Shown piece after piece: positions 36,647-47,488 of a stretch of DNA of 49,954 nt. This DNA is from Trueperaceae bacterium. Its GTDB lineage: Bacteria; Deinococcota; Deinococci; Deinococcales; Trueperaceae. The notes beneath the pieces were generated by a model that saw only the letters and a list, made by a program, of their open reading frames with translations, was not told the origin of the DNA and searched no databases. Position 1 is the first letter of the stretch. Every line of letters starts with the position of its first letter. The translations under genes and the position numbers were made by a program. The DNA is taken from the NCBI GenBank assembly GCA_040905465.1, contig JBBDRK010000018.1:2475-52428 (forward strand), read 5' to 3'.

Positions 36647-37312
36647 GTGCACCTGTACCTGGACAGCGCCGACGCGCAGGCGCTGACGCCGCTCCTGCGC
36701 CTGCCGATCATCTACGGCGTAACGACCAACCCGACCCTGCAACGCCGGGTCGAGTTGCGGGAGCGAGATCTGGAGCGGTTCGTGCGGTCCTGTTTGGCCG
36801 ACGGTGCCCGAGCGGTACAGGTGCAGGTAAAGGGTCGCGCGGCGGGCGAGATGGTCGAGCAGGCCCGGCGTTTCGTGGCCTGGGGCGACTCAGGGAGGGT
36901 GATTCCGAAGATCCCTGCGACCCGCGAGGGCCTGATCGCCGTGTCGGAGTTGGCGCGTGGGGGCGTGCGAAGCACGGTAACCGCCGCCTTCGAGCCCGAG
37001 CAGGCCCTCTGGGCGCTGCTCGCAGGTGCCCGGTACGTGGCTCCTTACCTGGGGCGCCTGAACGACCAGGGCCGCGACGGGCTCGCGGTAATCGCCGACA
37101 TGCAGCGGATCGTGGCGCGGTACCAAGCGGCCGGCAACGACTGCCGGTTGCTGGTAGCCAGCGTCCGCACGATCGACGATTTTCGGGCGCTGCTCGAGCT
37201 GGGGGTTGGAGCCGTTACGGTTGCGCCGCCGTTGCTCGAGGAACTGCTCGACAATCGGGCGACGACGCGCGCCGAGGACGAGTTCCTGGTGGACGCCGAG
37301 GCCGTGCGGTGA
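36647..37312 (+). CDS. Transaldolase-family enzyme, fructose-6-phosphate aldolase (FSA)-like
   Basis: LYLDSAD, GVTTNPT, Schiff-base KIP, APYLGR, ASVR. Confidence 0.85.
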   Translation: MHLYLDSADAQALTPLLRLPIIYGVTTNPTLQRRVELRERDLERFVRSCLADGARAVQVQVKGRAAGEMVEQARRFVAWGDSGRVIPKIPATREGLIAVSELARGGVRSTVTAAFEPEQALWALLAGARYVAPYLGRLNDQGRDGLAVIADMQRIVARYQAAGNDCRLLVASVRTIDDFRALLELGVGAVTVAPPLLEELLDNRATTRAEDEFLVDAEAVR

Positions 37313-38232
37313 AGGCGGTTTGCATCGGTGAGGCGCTGATCGATTTCAAGGCGGTCGGCGACCTCCTGTTCCAGGGCTACCTGGGGGGATCGCCGTTCAA
37401 CGTCGCGATTGCCGCCGCTCGACTCGGTGCCCGGGTGAGTTTCCTCAGCCAGCTCTCTGAGGACGCCTTCGGCCTGAGACTGCGGCGACACCTCGAGACG
37501 AACGGTATCGATACCGGCCTGCTCTGCTACAGCTCCGCGCCGACCACTCTTGCCTTTGTCGAAGAGCTGGGCGGCGAGGAGTCGTTTCAGTTCCTGGCCA
37601 ACGGGAGCGCCGACACGCTGTTCGATCCGCGTCCCAGGCCACGGTTGCCTGAGGATACCGGCCTGATCCACTTCGGATCGATAAGCCTGCTGGCCGAGCC
37701 GGCTGCCGGAAGCATCGTCGACATCGTTCGGCAGCATCGCCACGCCATCACCGTTTTCGATCCCAACGTGCGTCCGGCGCTCATCTCCGACCGTAAGCGA
37801 TACCTGGAGACACTACCGTTGTGGCTGGAACTGAGCCGGGTGGTGAAGCTGAGCAGTCAGGACCTGCGTTGGCTCGACGACCGTCCGGTGGAAGCGGTGA
37901 CTTCGGAGTGGTTCGAGCTGGGCGTGGAGGCGGTGCTGGTTACCCACGGGTCCGATGGTGCCCGGGCCTACCTGGCCAACGGTGTGCGGGCCAGCGCTCC
38001 CGGGGTAAAGGTCGATGTGGTCGACACGGTAGGAGCCGGGGACACCTTCAGCGGCGCCCTGCTGGCCCGGCTGGCTTCCAGGGACCGAACGAGCCTTCCC
38101 GAAGACGATCAGGAGTGGAGCGAAATGCTGCGTTTCGCTGTCGCCGCGGCCGCCGTCAACTGCTCCCGCGCCGGAACCGATCCGCCCATGCGGGACGAGG
38201 TGGAGTCACTGCTGGGCGACCAGCAGGGTTGA
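37309..38232 (+). CDS. PfkB family carbohydrate kinase (fructokinase-like)
   Basis: GEALID, GGSPFNVA, FDPNVR, DTVGAGDTF. Confidence 0.92.
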   Translation: MKAVCIGEALIDFKAVGDLLFQGYLGGSPFNVAIAAARLGARVSFLSQLSEDAFGLRLRRHLETNGIDTGLLCYSSAPTTLAFVEELGGEESFQFLANGSADTLFDPRPRPRLPEDTGLIHFGSISLLAEPAAGSIVDIVRQHRHAITVFDPNVRPALISDRKRYLETLPLWLELSRVVKLSSQDLRWLDDRPVEAVTSEWFELGVEAVLVTHGSDGARAYLANGVRASAPGVKVDVVDTVGAGDTFSGALLARLASRDRTSLPEDDQEWSEMLRFAVAAAAVNCSRAGTDPPMRDEVESLLGDQQG

Positions 38233-38295
38233 ATCGCTTCTCGTGGTTGGCCGGGCGGGCCGTGCGTCGTGGCTCGCGGTCCAAGGTATTAGTCG

Positions 38296-40494
38296 TCAGC
38301 GCAGGAACGCCTCGACGAGCCCGCCGTCGACGCTCAAGATCTGGCCGGTAGTCTTGCCGAGCCGCCGGCTGCTGAGCAGGTAGGCGGCTTCGGCCTGGTC
38401 GTCGAGCGTTATCGGCGCCTTGGTCAGCGTGCGCTCCGCGTAGAACGCCGCCAGTTTGTCGCGCAACGTCTCCGTAGGCTCGTCCTCGCTGAACCGCACC
38501 TCGTACTTCGCGAGTGAGGCGATCACCCGTTCTCGCGGAAACATGTTGCTGCCCTCGACCACGGTGGCTGGAGCGAGACCGTTTACCCGCACCAGCGGAG
38601 CCAGCTCGATCGCCAGCTCACGGACCAGATGGTTGGCCGCTGCCTTGCTGGTGTCGTAGGCCAGGGAACCCTTCTTGGCCACCGCGGCGTTGACGCTGGT
38701 GGTGAGCACCAGGTTGCCATCGAGCCCCTGCTCCTGCCAAAGCCGGCGAGCCTCGTCCGCCACCAGGTAGGCGCCGGTGACGTTGACGGCGAAGGTCAGC
38801 GCCCACTTGTCATCGGGAATGACCCCATCTCTCCCTGGCGGCACGAAGATGCCGGCGGTCACGACCACATCGTCGATACCGCCGTAGGCGAGCACCGCTT
38901 GCTCCAACAGCCGTACGACACTCGGCCGGTCGGTTATGTCTACTTGCACGGCTATCGCAGGACCACAGTTTGAGATGCCGCTTCCGGCGATCCCTATGCC
39001 AGCGCCCCGGGTCTCTGTGATAGCGTTCGCCGTCGCACCCGCTGACCGCTCGTCCAGATCGGCGCAGACGACGTGCGCTCCTTCGCCCGCGAAACGCTGG
39101 GCGACGGCGCGGCCGATGCCGCTTCCGGCTCCCACTACCACCGCGATCCGGCGAGCGAACTCCTGCTCTGCCGGCATCCTCCTGAGCTTCGCCTCCTCGA
39201 GCGCCCAGTACTCGATGTCGAACGCCTCTTGCTGCGGAAGTGCGACGTACTCGCCGATGGCCTCTGCTCCGCGAATGACTTCGACGGCGGCGTTGTAGAA
39301 CTCGGCGGTGACCCGCGATTCGCTTTTGTTCTTTCCCCAGGCGATCATCCCGATGCCGGGAACGAGGATCACCGTGGGGTTGGGGTCGCGCATGGCGGGC
39401 GAGTCGGGCCGTCGACAAGTCTCATAGTAGGTTCGGTAGTCGTTGCGATAGAGTTCCAGCCCTTGTTCGAGGCGCGCCAGGAGATCGCCCAGCCCTTCCT
39501 TCTGCGGGTCCCAGTCGACATAGAGTGGCTTGATCTTGGTGCGCAGGAAGTGGTCGGGGCAGGAGGTCCCCAGTTCGGCAAGGCGGGGCGCGTCGTTGCT
39601 GTTGACGAAGCGCAACATGTTGTCATCCGACTGCACGGTGGCCACGAAACGGTTCTGCAGCGAGACCATGCCGCGCAGCCGCGGCAGGATGCCCTTCAGC
39701 AGCCCGGAGCGCAGCTCGTCTGTCGGCGACTCGTATCGCGGCCCGCCGAAGGTCGCCTCGCCCCGGTCGCGCTCCTCGATATAGCGTGCCGCTTGCTCGA
39801 TGAGTCTCAGACTCGTCCGGTAGCAGGTCTTGTCGTCGTCGGCCCAGTTGATGAGGCCGTGTTGACCCATCACGATTCCGTCTATATGCGGATTGGCGCG
39901 GCACACCTCGGCCATCTCCAGCCCCAGGTCGAAACCCGGCCGCTGCCACGGCACCCAGCCGACGCTCTCGCCGTAGATTTCCCGGGTCAACTCGCGAGAT
40001 CCGCGCGAGGCGGCAACTGCGATGACGGCATTGGGATGTGTGTGATCGACGTGCCGGTGGGGGATGAAGGCGTGCAGCGGAGTGTCGATCGAGGAGGCGC
40101 GCGGGTTCAAGTCGAATACGGTGTGAGCGTACATTCCCACCATCCGGTCCTCGACCGGCGTCTTCGGGCCCTTTTCGTCCGAGTCTCGGTATCGGTCACG
40201 CAGCGCACGCAGCTTGTCCATGTACAGGGAGGCGAAGTTTTCACGCTTCGAGGTACGGAGATCTCCGCCCGAGCCCTTCACCCACAAGACCTCGGCCTCC
40301 TCGCCGCCGAGCGGATCGGCCATGGGAAGCTTGCTGCTGGTGTTGCCGCCGCCGGTGTTGGTTATCCGCTGGTCGCTTCCCAGCAGGTTGGACCTGTACA
40401 CCAGCCGCTCGACAGGGTCCAGGGCGTCGGTGACACCGTCGTCCCACAGGTACTCGACGTGCCGAAACTCGTCCGTCGCTCGTTCGTCGCTCAC
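38296..40494 (-). CDS. rhaD: Bifunctional rhamnulose-1-phosphate aldolase / short-chain dehydrogenase (RhaEW-type)
   Basis: YRSNLLG.D..TN.GGGNTS, SIDTPLH, CPDHFLRTK, GAGSGIG, YDTSK. Confidence 0.92.
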   Translation of the reverse strand: MSDERATDEFRHVEYLWDDGVTDALDPVERLVYRSNLLGSDQRITNTGGGNTSSKLPMADPLGGEEAEVLWVKGSGGDLRTSKRENFASLYMDKLRALRDRYRDSDEKGPKTPVEDRMVGMYAHTVFDLNPRASSIDTPLHAFIPHRHVDHTHPNAVIAVAASRGSRELTREIYGESVGWVPWQRPGFDLGLEMAEVCRANPHIDGIVMGQHGLINWADDDKTCYRTSLRLIEQAARYIEERDRGEATFGGPRYESPTDELRSGLLKGILPRLRGMVSLQNRFVATVQSDDNMLRFVNSNDAPRLAELGTSCPDHFLRTKIKPLYVDWDPQKEGLGDLLARLEQGLELYRNDYRTYYETCRRPDSPAMRDPNPTVILVPGIGMIAWGKNKSESRVTAEFYNAAVEVIRGAEAIGEYVALPQQEAFDIEYWALEEAKLRRMPAEQEFARRIAVVVGAGSGIGRAVAQRFAGEGAHVVCADLDERSAGATANAITETRGAGIGIAGSGISNCGPAIAVQVDITDRPSVVRLLEQAVLAYGGIDDVVVTAGIFVPPGRDGVIPDDKWALTFAVNVTGAYLVADEARRLWQEQGLDGNLVLTTSVNAAVAKKGSLAYDTSKAAANHLVRELAIELAPLVRVNGLAPATVVEGSNMFPRERVIASLAKYEVRFSEDEPTETLRDKLAAFYAERTLTKAPITLDDQAEAAYLLSSRRLGKTTGQILSVDGGLVEAFLR

Positions 40495-40589
40495 GCTCCA
40501 CCTCTTGATTCAGTCACTTCGGTCCAGTTGCCTTTCAGGCCGGCCGTGCTCGTACGGCCACGCGCATACGGTCACATGTCACCGGCGTG

Positions 40590-41795
40590 CTACCCGCCAG
40601 CCGGGTACCCACCGCCACCCGCGCCCGATCCGCGCTCGCGCGCCACGCGTTCGGCATACCCGCTCTCCCGGTGGGCGCGAATCGGGTCGGACGCTAGCCC
40701 CATCTCCTGCCTAACCTCGACCAGGAGCGGCCGTACGTCTGTCTCGAAGGCGTCCATCAGGATGCGGTGGGCGCCGAGCACATCGCCGGCCTGCTGGGCC
40801 TCCCGCAGCCGCCGGTAGTCGACCAGCAGCGCCTTCGCGTACGCCAACTGGCAGTTGATGACGCTCTGGATCATCGCCTCGAGCTTCGGCTCGATGTTGT
40901 GGCTCTGGTCGATCATGTAGGCAACGTCCGCAGTGCGCTCGCCCGCCTCGACCATCTTCACGAAGATGTCGAACAGCTCCAACGGATTCTCGCTGCCGAC
41001 GATGAGGTCGTCGTCCGCGTATTTGCGGGCGTTGAAGTGGAAGCCCCCGAGCCGCCCCTCGTGCAGCAGGAAGCTCACGATGTGGGGGATGTTGGTTCCC
41101 TGGGCGTGATGGCCGGTGTCGACCAGCACCTGCGCCCGCTCGCCGCACTTCAGGCTCATGGCATAGGCCATTCCCCAGTCCGCCAGGTCGGTATGGTAGA
41201 ACGCCGGCTCGAAGAACTTGTACTCGATGAGCAGCCTGCCGCCGGCGGGCAGCATCTCGTGCGCCGCCTTGAGCCCCTGCTCGAGCCGCTCCTTGCGGCG
41301 GAAGAGATCGTCCTGCCCGGCGTAGTTGGTGCCGTCCGCGAGCCACAGGCTAAGCAGCCTGCTGCCGGTCCGCGCCATGATCTCGCAACACTCGGCGATG
41401 CGCTCCAGCGCCCGCTCGCGCACAGCCTGAACCGGATGGCAGAGCGATCCCAGCTTGTAGCTGTCGTCCTGGAACAGGTTCGGGTTGACCGCGCCGATCC
41501 TCACGCCCTGCTCCGCGGCGTAGTGCGACAGCCCGTTCCAGTCGTCGACGGCGTCCCAGGGAATGTGGAGCGCCACGCTCGGCGCGACGCCGGTGAGTCC
41601 GTGGACGTAGGCCGCGTCGGCGATCTTCTCGTAGACATTGCGCGCCGCCCCCGGCCAGGTGAAGGTCTTGAAGCGGGTGCCGCTGTCGCCGTAACCCCAG
41701 GAGGGAGTCTCGATCGCCTGCTCTTTTAGTCGGGTCTTTGCGTGTTGCAGTATCTGCTCTTCTGTGTCCAGTTGCACCTTGACGGTCACCGCCAT
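40590..41795 (-). CDS. rhaI: L-rhamnose isomerase (RhaI type)
   Basis: [46 protein letters not shown]. Confidence 0.92.
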   Translation of the reverse strand: MAVTVKVQLDTEEQILQHAKTRLKEQAIETPSWGYGDSGTRFKTFTWPGAARNVYEKIADAAYVHGLTGVAPSVALHIPWDAVDDWNGLSHYAAEQGVRIGAVNPNLFQDDSYKLGSLCHPVQAVRERALERIAECCEIMARTGSRLLSLWLADGTNYAGQDDLFRRKERLEQGLKAAHEMLPAGGRLLIEYKFFEPAFYHTDLADWGMAYAMSLKCGERAQVLVDTGHHAQGTNIPHIVSFLLHEGRLGGFHFNARKYADDDLIVGSENPLELFDIFVKMVEAGERTADVAYMIDQSHNIEPKLEAMIQSVINCQLAYAKALLVDYRRLREAQQAGDVLGAHRILMDAFETDVRPLLVEVRQEMGLASDPIRAHRESGYAERVARERGSGAGGGGYPAGG

Positions 41796-41805
41796 TCCAG
41801 TGAGC

Positions 41806-43215
41806 TCAAAAGTCGGCCTGAAAGCTCTTCGTCGTCATGGCCAAGTCGCTCAGGCGAATGTCACCGGTCTCGGTCAACCAGTTTCGTATGCGAGAGCGGA
41901 GCCCGAGCAGGGTATCGCCGTGTCGTTTGTCCAGCGCAAGGTTTTCCAGCTCGTAAGGGTCTGTCTCGAGATCGTAGAGCTCGTCCATGTCTGCTAAATA
42001 CCAGTTGTATTTCCAGCGTTCGGTTCGAACTGAGAACACCGGGTTGAAGAGGCCGTAGCTTTCGAACATCTCCATGAACACGGCGTCTCGTTTGCTGAAG
42101 CCGTAATCCCAGGATTGCCTCAGCGACCGTCCCTGCATGGAGCTCGGCTGAGGAAGTGCCATCAGCTCGAGGAGTGTGGGGACCACGTCGATCGTGCTGG
42201 CAAGTTCTGATACCTTGACCGACTCTGGGATGACCCCCGGCCAACTCAGGATGAAGGGAACCTTCACCGCTTCCTCGTACATGAAGTTGCCCTTGGACAT
42301 GAGTCGGTGGGCTCCCATCATGTCTCCGTGATCAGACATGAAGACCACGATGGTATTTCGCCTGATCTGGAGTTCGTCGAGTGCCTGGAGCAATCGACCG
42401 ACGTTCAGATCGATGAGGCGGACCATGCCCCAGTAGCGGGCTATCGACTGTCGCAGCCGGTACTCGTCGAACTCTCCGTCCCGCTCGCCCGCGAGTTCCC
42501 GAAACCAGTCGCGTGGTACGCCCTTTTGCTGCAGGACCGGTTTCGACTTGAAGGTCTCGGCAAGTGAAGGCGGGAGGAGAACATCAGCCGGGTCGTAGTA
42601 ATTGTTGAAAGGTCCTGTGTAAGGGTCGTGCGGAGCACGCATCGAACAGACCGCGAAGAATGGGTCGCTGCGATGAGCTCGCATGAAAGTTACGGTGCGG
42701 TCGGTGACCGTCGTGTCGTGGGCCTGCTCGAACGGCACTTGTCCGCGCTGCCTCAGCCGCTCCTCGAGCTTCGAGCCCGCGTCTGCCGAAGCGAAGCTGA
42801 AGGATGCCCGTTCCTCCAACTCTTGCTCGTAGCTGCCACGCAGATGGGTCCACCACGCGTCGGTAAAGCCATGCTGGGGAGTTTTCTCATTGCCGACGTG
42901 CCACTTGCCAATATATCCGCACCTGTATCCGCTTCCCTTTGCCACGTCACCGATGGTGACGAGGCTTGGCGGAAGGGTCACATCCCGACCGTCATCATTG
43001 AACATGATCCCATTGGAGTGTGGGTACATCGAAGTCCAGATGCTTGCGCGGTTCGGCATGCATAGCGGGATGGCCACATACGTGTTTTCGAACTGGACCC
43101 CGCGCTCAGCCAAGGAGTCGATAGCAGGCGTTTCGATCACCCGATTGCCATAGCAACGAAGAGTGTTGATATTTTGCTGATCCGTCATTATCAGCAGGAC
43201 GTTGGGGCGGTTCAC
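41806..43215 (-). CDS. Cys-type (formylglycine-dependent) sulfatase
   Basis: [14 protein letters not shown] (CxPxR), GKWH, SDHG, ELYDL..DP.E..NL; start at GTG 43215 after AGGTG. Confidence 0.9.
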   Translation of the reverse strand: MNRPNVLLIMTDQQNINTLRCYGNRVIETPAIDSLAERGVQFENTYVAIPLCMPNRASIWTSMYPHSNGIMFNDDGRDVTLPPSLVTIGDVAKGSGYRCGYIGKWHVGNEKTPQHGFTDAWWTHLRGSYEQELEERASFSFASADAGSKLEERLRQRGQVPFEQAHDTTVTDRTVTFMRAHRSDPFFAVCSMRAPHDPYTGPFNNYYDPADVLLPPSLAETFKSKPVLQQKGVPRDWFRELAGERDGEFDEYRLRQSIARYWGMVRLIDLNVGRLLQALDELQIRRNTIVVFMSDHGDMMGAHRLMSKGNFMYEEAVKVPFILSWPGVIPESVKVSELASTIDVVPTLLELMALPQPSSMQGRSLRQSWDYGFSKRDAVFMEMFESYGLFNPVFSVRTERWKYNWYLADMDELYDLETDPYELENLALDKRHGDTLLGLRSRIRNWLTETGDIRLSDLAMTTKSFQADF

Positions 43216-43223
43216 GCTTTCAC

Positions 43224-44069
43224 CTACTTCCCCGATCCAGCGGTAAGGCCCTGCACGATGTAACGCTGCGTGAACAGGAGGACTATCAGGACCGGGATCG
43301 AGATGATGACGGACGCAGCCGCCATCTGGTTCCAGTACACGTTCAAGCCGGACACGAGATCGACGAGTGCGGTAGATACGGTCCGGTTCCTGCCTTCGAG
43401 AAGCGCTACCGCAAAGGGATACTCGCTCCAAACGAGGAGGAACGTCATAAGGCCGGTCGTGGTCATTCCGATCCTTGCGAGCGGCAAAAAGACCTTGCGG
43501 AACGACTGGAACTGGCTGCAGCCGTCCAACTTCGCCGCCTCGTCTAGCTCGAACGGAATCGACTTCGCGAAACTCAGACTGAGGAGGGTGGAGAACGGAA
43601 GAAAGAAGAGGACAAGCAATAGGCCGTAGCCGAAGAGACTGTTATACAGGCCTATGCTATTGAGCAGCAAGTACATGGGTATTACGAGTGCAGGACCGTT
43701 GAAGAGCTGCACTATGATAAGCAGTAGCTGAACGGGTTGCAGTAATCTGCCCCGAAGCCGAGAAAGCGAATAGCCCATCAGTGTTCCCCAGAGCATCACG
43801 ACGGCCGATACGATGGACGAAACCAGAGTGGTGTTTACGAAGTACTGCAGCCAGTCGTTGGAAAAACCCTTGCTGAGCCAAACCTCCCGGTAGGCGGACA
43901 GGTCCACCCGTTCGGGCAGCAGGGTCAGAGGGAATCGGTAGACCTCGGCTACACTTCGAAACGAAATCAACAGCAGCCACAGCACCGGAAACAGCACGAT
44001 GAAGAGGAGGATTGCCGCGAGCAGTAGCTCGGCGGTCGTGCCCAAGTACTTCCTACCGGGGTTCCTCAC
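43224..44069 (-). CDS. Carbohydrate ABC transporter permease (MalG-like)
   Basis: ELDEAAKLDG; GTG 44069 overlaps the upstream TGA. Confidence 0.9.
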   Translation of the reverse strand: MRNPGRKYLGTTAELLLAAILLFIVLFPVLWLLLISFRSVAEVYRFPLTLLPERVDLSAYREVWLSKGFSNDWLQYFVNTTLVSSIVSAVVMLWGTLMGYSLSRLRGRLLQPVQLLLIIVQLFNGPALVIPMYLLLNSIGLYNSLFGYGLLLVLFFLPFSTLLSLSFAKSIPFELDEAAKLDGCSQFQSFRKVFLPLARIGMTTTGLMTFLLVWSEYPFAVALLEGRNRTVSTALVDLVSGLNVYWNQMAAASVIISIPVLIVLLFTQRYIVQGLTAGSGK

Positions 44070-45022
44070 AGGAAGCTCACCTGGACCTGGCGCCTCAGGT
44101 TGCGCACGTAGAGGAAGCCGATGATGAGAAGGATCAGTACGTTGATGATGGACACGACGGCGGATTCGCCGAGCGCGTAGTTTTGGAAGGCCAGCCGGTA
44201 GAGGTAGACGGGTAGGATCTCGCTGGCACGAAGTGGTCCGCCTCCCGTCATGACATGGACGAAAACCAGGTTGTTGGCCACCCAGATCGTCGAAAGCAGG
44301 ATCATCGTCAGGGTCTGCGGTCGTATGACAGGGAGCGTGATATGCCAGAACGCTTGCCATGGGCTGGCTCCGTCGAGCCGGCCGGCCTCGTATAGCTGTC
44401 TATCTACGGTGTTGATCGCCGAAGCAACTACCAGCCCGAACAAGGGAAAAAGTCGCCAGGACATGGTGACGATTACGGCAAAGAGAGCCGTAGACAGATT
44501 TCCCAGCCAGGGAAAGCCCCTGTCAAGCAGCTCGGTCTGGATCAGAAAGCTGTTGAGAATGCCGGTCTGGCTGCCGTATACCCACTTCCAAAGTGCCGCC
44601 ACTACGACTCCCGGCAGCACCCATGGCACAAGCATGAAGGCCCGGGTAACGCGAGCTATGACTGTCGACCTGCTGAGGAAGACGCCAACTCCGACCCCGA
44701 GGACGGTGATAGTGACAACGGAGCCGCCGATCCAGACGAGGGAGTTACGAACAGCGTTCCAGGTTTCAGGCCGACCGAGCACCTCTTGATAGGTGGCCAG
44801 GCCTACGAATGCGCCCGACCGTATGTTCAGCGTGCTCACCTGCTGGAACGACAGGAGTGCCAGGTTGAGGAGGGCGTAGCCGATAAGGACGAGGAACAGC
44901 AGTAGCCCAGGCGCAAGTGCGAGGATGAAAAAGAGACTCTCTTCCCGCCGTCCGCGGAAGAAATTCCAGCTCCCGTGGCGCCCGCGACCGTCGACAGTAA
45001 CGGACTTGGTGTCAGCTCGCAT
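44066..45022 (-). CDS. Carbohydrate ABC transporter permease (MalF-like)
   Basis: LYEAGRLDGA, MTGGGP. Confidence 0.9.
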   Translation of the reverse strand: MRADTKSVTVDGRGRHGSWNFFRGRREESLFFILALAPGLLLFLVLIGYALLNLALLSFQQVSTLNIRSGAFVGLATYQEVLGRPETWNAVRNSLVWIGGSVVTITVLGVGVGVFLSRSTVIARVTRAFMLVPWVLPGVVVAALWKWVYGSQTGILNSFLIQTELLDRGFPWLGNLSTALFAVIVTMSWRLFPLFGLVVASAINTVDRQLYEAGRLDGASPWQAFWHITLPVIRPQTLTMILLSTIWVANNLVFVHVMTGGGPLRASEILPVYLYRLAFQNYALGESAVVSIINVLILLIIGFLYVRNLRRQVQVSFL

Positions 45023-45090
45023 ACAGCCTTTCCAGTGCCGACCGGCCCGGAGCTCGACGAGCCCGAGCCGATCCGCTTGAGGCCGCCTTC

Positions 45091-46383
45091 TTACTCGATT
45101 GCCCGATTGGCCTGCGACTCGAGTGTCGCTGCTGCCTGTTCGGGAGTAGTTGCACCTAGCACGAGCCTCTGAATCACCTCGGTAAGCGTTGATCGTAGCT
45201 CGGTGTATTCCGGGAACGCCGGAATCGAGATGACGGTCTCGAACAACTCCCCTTCCCGGTAGGCGGCGGCCAACCCCGGGTACTGTTGGGCAAAGCCGTC
45301 GCTCTCCAGCAGTGCCTTCGCGGTTGGGATTCTGCCCTGAACGACTGACCCATCCCAGCCCTGGTGCTGGCTCGGGTCCGCCCAGAAGTCGAGGTAGGCG
45401 ATGACTCCGTCCTGATTGTCCACCTGGCGAGTCGCAGCAAAGAGGAAGGCTGCTTGGGCTTCAAACGACGCCGGAGCATACCGTCCGGTTGCCTCATCGG
45501 GTGACGGGAAGGGGATCATGACGGATGGAAAGTCGCTGCTCACCCCGTAGTCGGCCTGAATGATCGGGGCAAACGACTTCGTGATGACCATCGCGGCGCG
45601 TTCTTGGAAGAACAGTTGGAGTGCACCTCGAAAATTGAGGTCGGTCAGGCCCTGCGGGGCGTAGGGCAGCAATTCCTGGATCAGTTGGAAAGTATCGACC
45701 AGGCCCTGATCGCCGATGACGACTTCGCCCGTATTTTCGTCGATCCACCGAACCCCGTTTCCTGCTGCTATCGATTCGATTATGTCGGCGTCCAGGCTTG
45801 CCGTGCTCGCGCCGAACGCAATTCCGTAGACACTGTTAGTCGTCAATTTCTCGGCGGTATCGACGAGTTCGCTCCAGCTCCGGGGCGGCGAAACTCCCGC
45901 CTCCTCCAGCAGGCGCGTGTTGTACAGGAGGACGGGGCTGAGATCCACGTATGGCGAGAACCCGTACAGGGAGTCCCTGAAGACGCCCAACTCCCAAAGG
46001 GGTTCCGGGTAGGCCCGGCTCCACTGTTCGGCTGCGTCAGGCGCAATCTCCTGCAGGTCCAGTAGAACCGCCTCTTCCGCAAGGTTCGGGAGCATCGAGT
46101 TCTCGATGATCAGGATGTCCGGTAGATTGTTGCCGCTGTTCGCCGTTGCCACCCTTTGAAACCGCGAGTCCCAGTCGAAAAACTGAACATCCAATGGGTA
46201 CTCGGTGAACTGTTCGTTGACCTCGCTGAAATAGTCCCGCTCTCCTTGCGGACTCCCGAACTTCCACACGTCTACCGATTCCTGCCCCATGGCGGTGCAA
46301 AGAATCGAGGCGACAATTACGGCTAGCACCAATATGCCGGGCGAAAAGCGGCTGCGGACTCGGCGGAACGTTTGAACTCCCAT
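45091..46383 (-). CDS. Carbohydrate ABC transporter substrate-binding protein
   Basis: ATG 46383 after GGAGG; signal peptide; LPDI, LLYNTRLL.EAG..PPRSWSEL. Confidence 0.9.
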   Translation of the reverse strand: MGVQTFRRVRSRFSPGILVLAVIVASILCTAMGQESVDVWKFGSPQGERDYFSEVNEQFTEYPLDVQFFDWDSRFQRVATANSGNNLPDILIIENSMLPNLAEEAVLLDLQEIAPDAAEQWSRAYPEPLWELGVFRDSLYGFSPYVDLSPVLLYNTRLLEEAGVSPPRSWSELVDTAEKLTTNSVYGIAFGASTASLDADIIESIAAGNGVRWIDENTGEVVIGDQGLVDTFQLIQELLPYAPQGLTDLNFRGALQLFFQERAAMVITKSFAPIIQADYGVSSDFPSVMIPFPSPDEATGRYAPASFEAQAAFLFAATRQVDNQDGVIAYLDFWADPSQHQGWDGSVVQGRIPTAKALLESDGFAQQYPGLAAAYREGELFETVISIPAFPEYTELRSTLTEVIQRLVLGATTPEQAAATLESQANRAIE

Positions 46384-46425
46384 GCTAGTCCTCCTTGAAG
46401 TTGTGGCTACGGCTTTGTACCACAA

Positions 46426-46473
46426 TTATGTGCGGAGATGCAAGACTTATGTGCGGCGATGTGTGCACCTGTG
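46426..46473. promoter_or_regulatory. Direct-repeat array, candidate DeoR/RhaR operator
   Basis: ttatgtgcggagatg / ttatgtgcggcgatg at 21-bp spacing; TGTG at about 10-bp period. Confidence 0.55.
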
Positions 46474-46488
46474 AGAACCACAGGGTGC

Positions 46489-47259
46489 CTAATCGCTTTC
46501 GGCGACGACCACCTTGGCGCCCGCAGCTTCCAGCAGCTCGCGGTACTCTTGCGGAGGTTCGCGATCGGTTATCAGCACGTCTACTTCGTCTGGCCGGGCG
46601 ATGGTTCCCAGAGCCGCCTTCCCAAACTTCGTATGATCCAGAAGGGCAATCACCAATCCAGCTGATGCGACGAGTCGCTCCTTGGTTTCGACCTCATCCA
46701 GGTACGCATCGGTAAAGCCAGCTCGCCGGCTGAGGCCCTTCGCCGAAAAGAACACCTTGTCGGGGTGAAGGCGTTCCAGTTGCTTGCTCACCTGCGGCCC
46801 CACGAAGGACCGCGCCGGTGCATGAAAGCTTCCCCCTATCAGGATGAACGGGATGTCTGCGCTTGCCATCGCGTTTGCTGCGTCGAGGCTTACGACGATT
46901 CCGTTCAGTGCCCGCTGTCTCAGACGGCGAATTACTGCGAGAGCCGACGTGCTTGCGTCGAAGGCGACGGTATCCCCTTCGCCAATGAGCGTTACGGCCA
47001 CCTCGGCAATCAGCTCCTTCTCAGGCACGTTCGAGGATGCACGTATGTGATGGGAGGACTCCATTCCGGCCTGGTTCTTGAGGCGTGCCCCGCCGTGCAC
47101 GCGCTCCAGTACGCCTTCTTCGACCAAGGCATCGAGATCCCGTCGAATGGTCATCTCGTGGACGCCGAGTCGCTCTGCCAGACTCTTTACCTTGACAATG
47201 CGTTCTATCGCCGCTCGCCGCACAATCTCCTGCTGTCGTTCCGCGGGAACCAGGTCCAT
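46489..47259 (-). CDS. DeoR/GlpR family transcriptional regulator (RhaR-like)
   Basis: ERQQEI, VHEMTIRRDLDAL..EG.LERVHGGA, DASTS, DHTKFG. Confidence 0.93.
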   Translation of the reverse strand: MDLVPAERQQEIVRRAAIERIVKVKSLAERLGVHEMTIRRDLDALVEEGVLERVHGGARLKNQAGMESSHHIRASSNVPEKELIAEVAVTLIGEGDTVAFDASTSALAVIRRLRQRALNGIVVSLDAANAMASADIPFILIGGSFHAPARSFVGPQVSKQLERLHPDKVFFSAKGLSRRAGFTDAYLDEVETKERLVASAGLVIALLDHTKFGKAALGTIARPDEVDVLITDREPPQEYRELLEAAGAKVVVAESD

Positions 47260-47420
47260 CGTCGCTCAACCCAACCTTGCTCGCGCCTCTCGGCGACGAA
47301 GGAACTCTTGCCCAGTTACCGGTAGGATGGCGCCCTCCACGAGGCGGCGGCTTGACAGACTGGCCATTCGGCGCACGCTATCATAAGCTCACAAGAGCCT
47401 GCAAGACGGATCACAAAATG

Positions 47421-47452
47421 CTGTGAGGATTTGTGAGGCGATGTGCTACAGT
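47421..47452 (+). promoter_or_regulatory. TGTG direct repeats plus -10 box (TACAGT) upstream of the aldolase-rhaB operon
   Basis: ctgtgaggat/ttgtgaggcg/atgtgctaca, 10-bp period; similar to the 46426-46473 array. Confidence 0.5.
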
Positions 47453-47488
47453 GCCGTCGATCTCGGTTGCTGACAGGACGGGCCAGCT

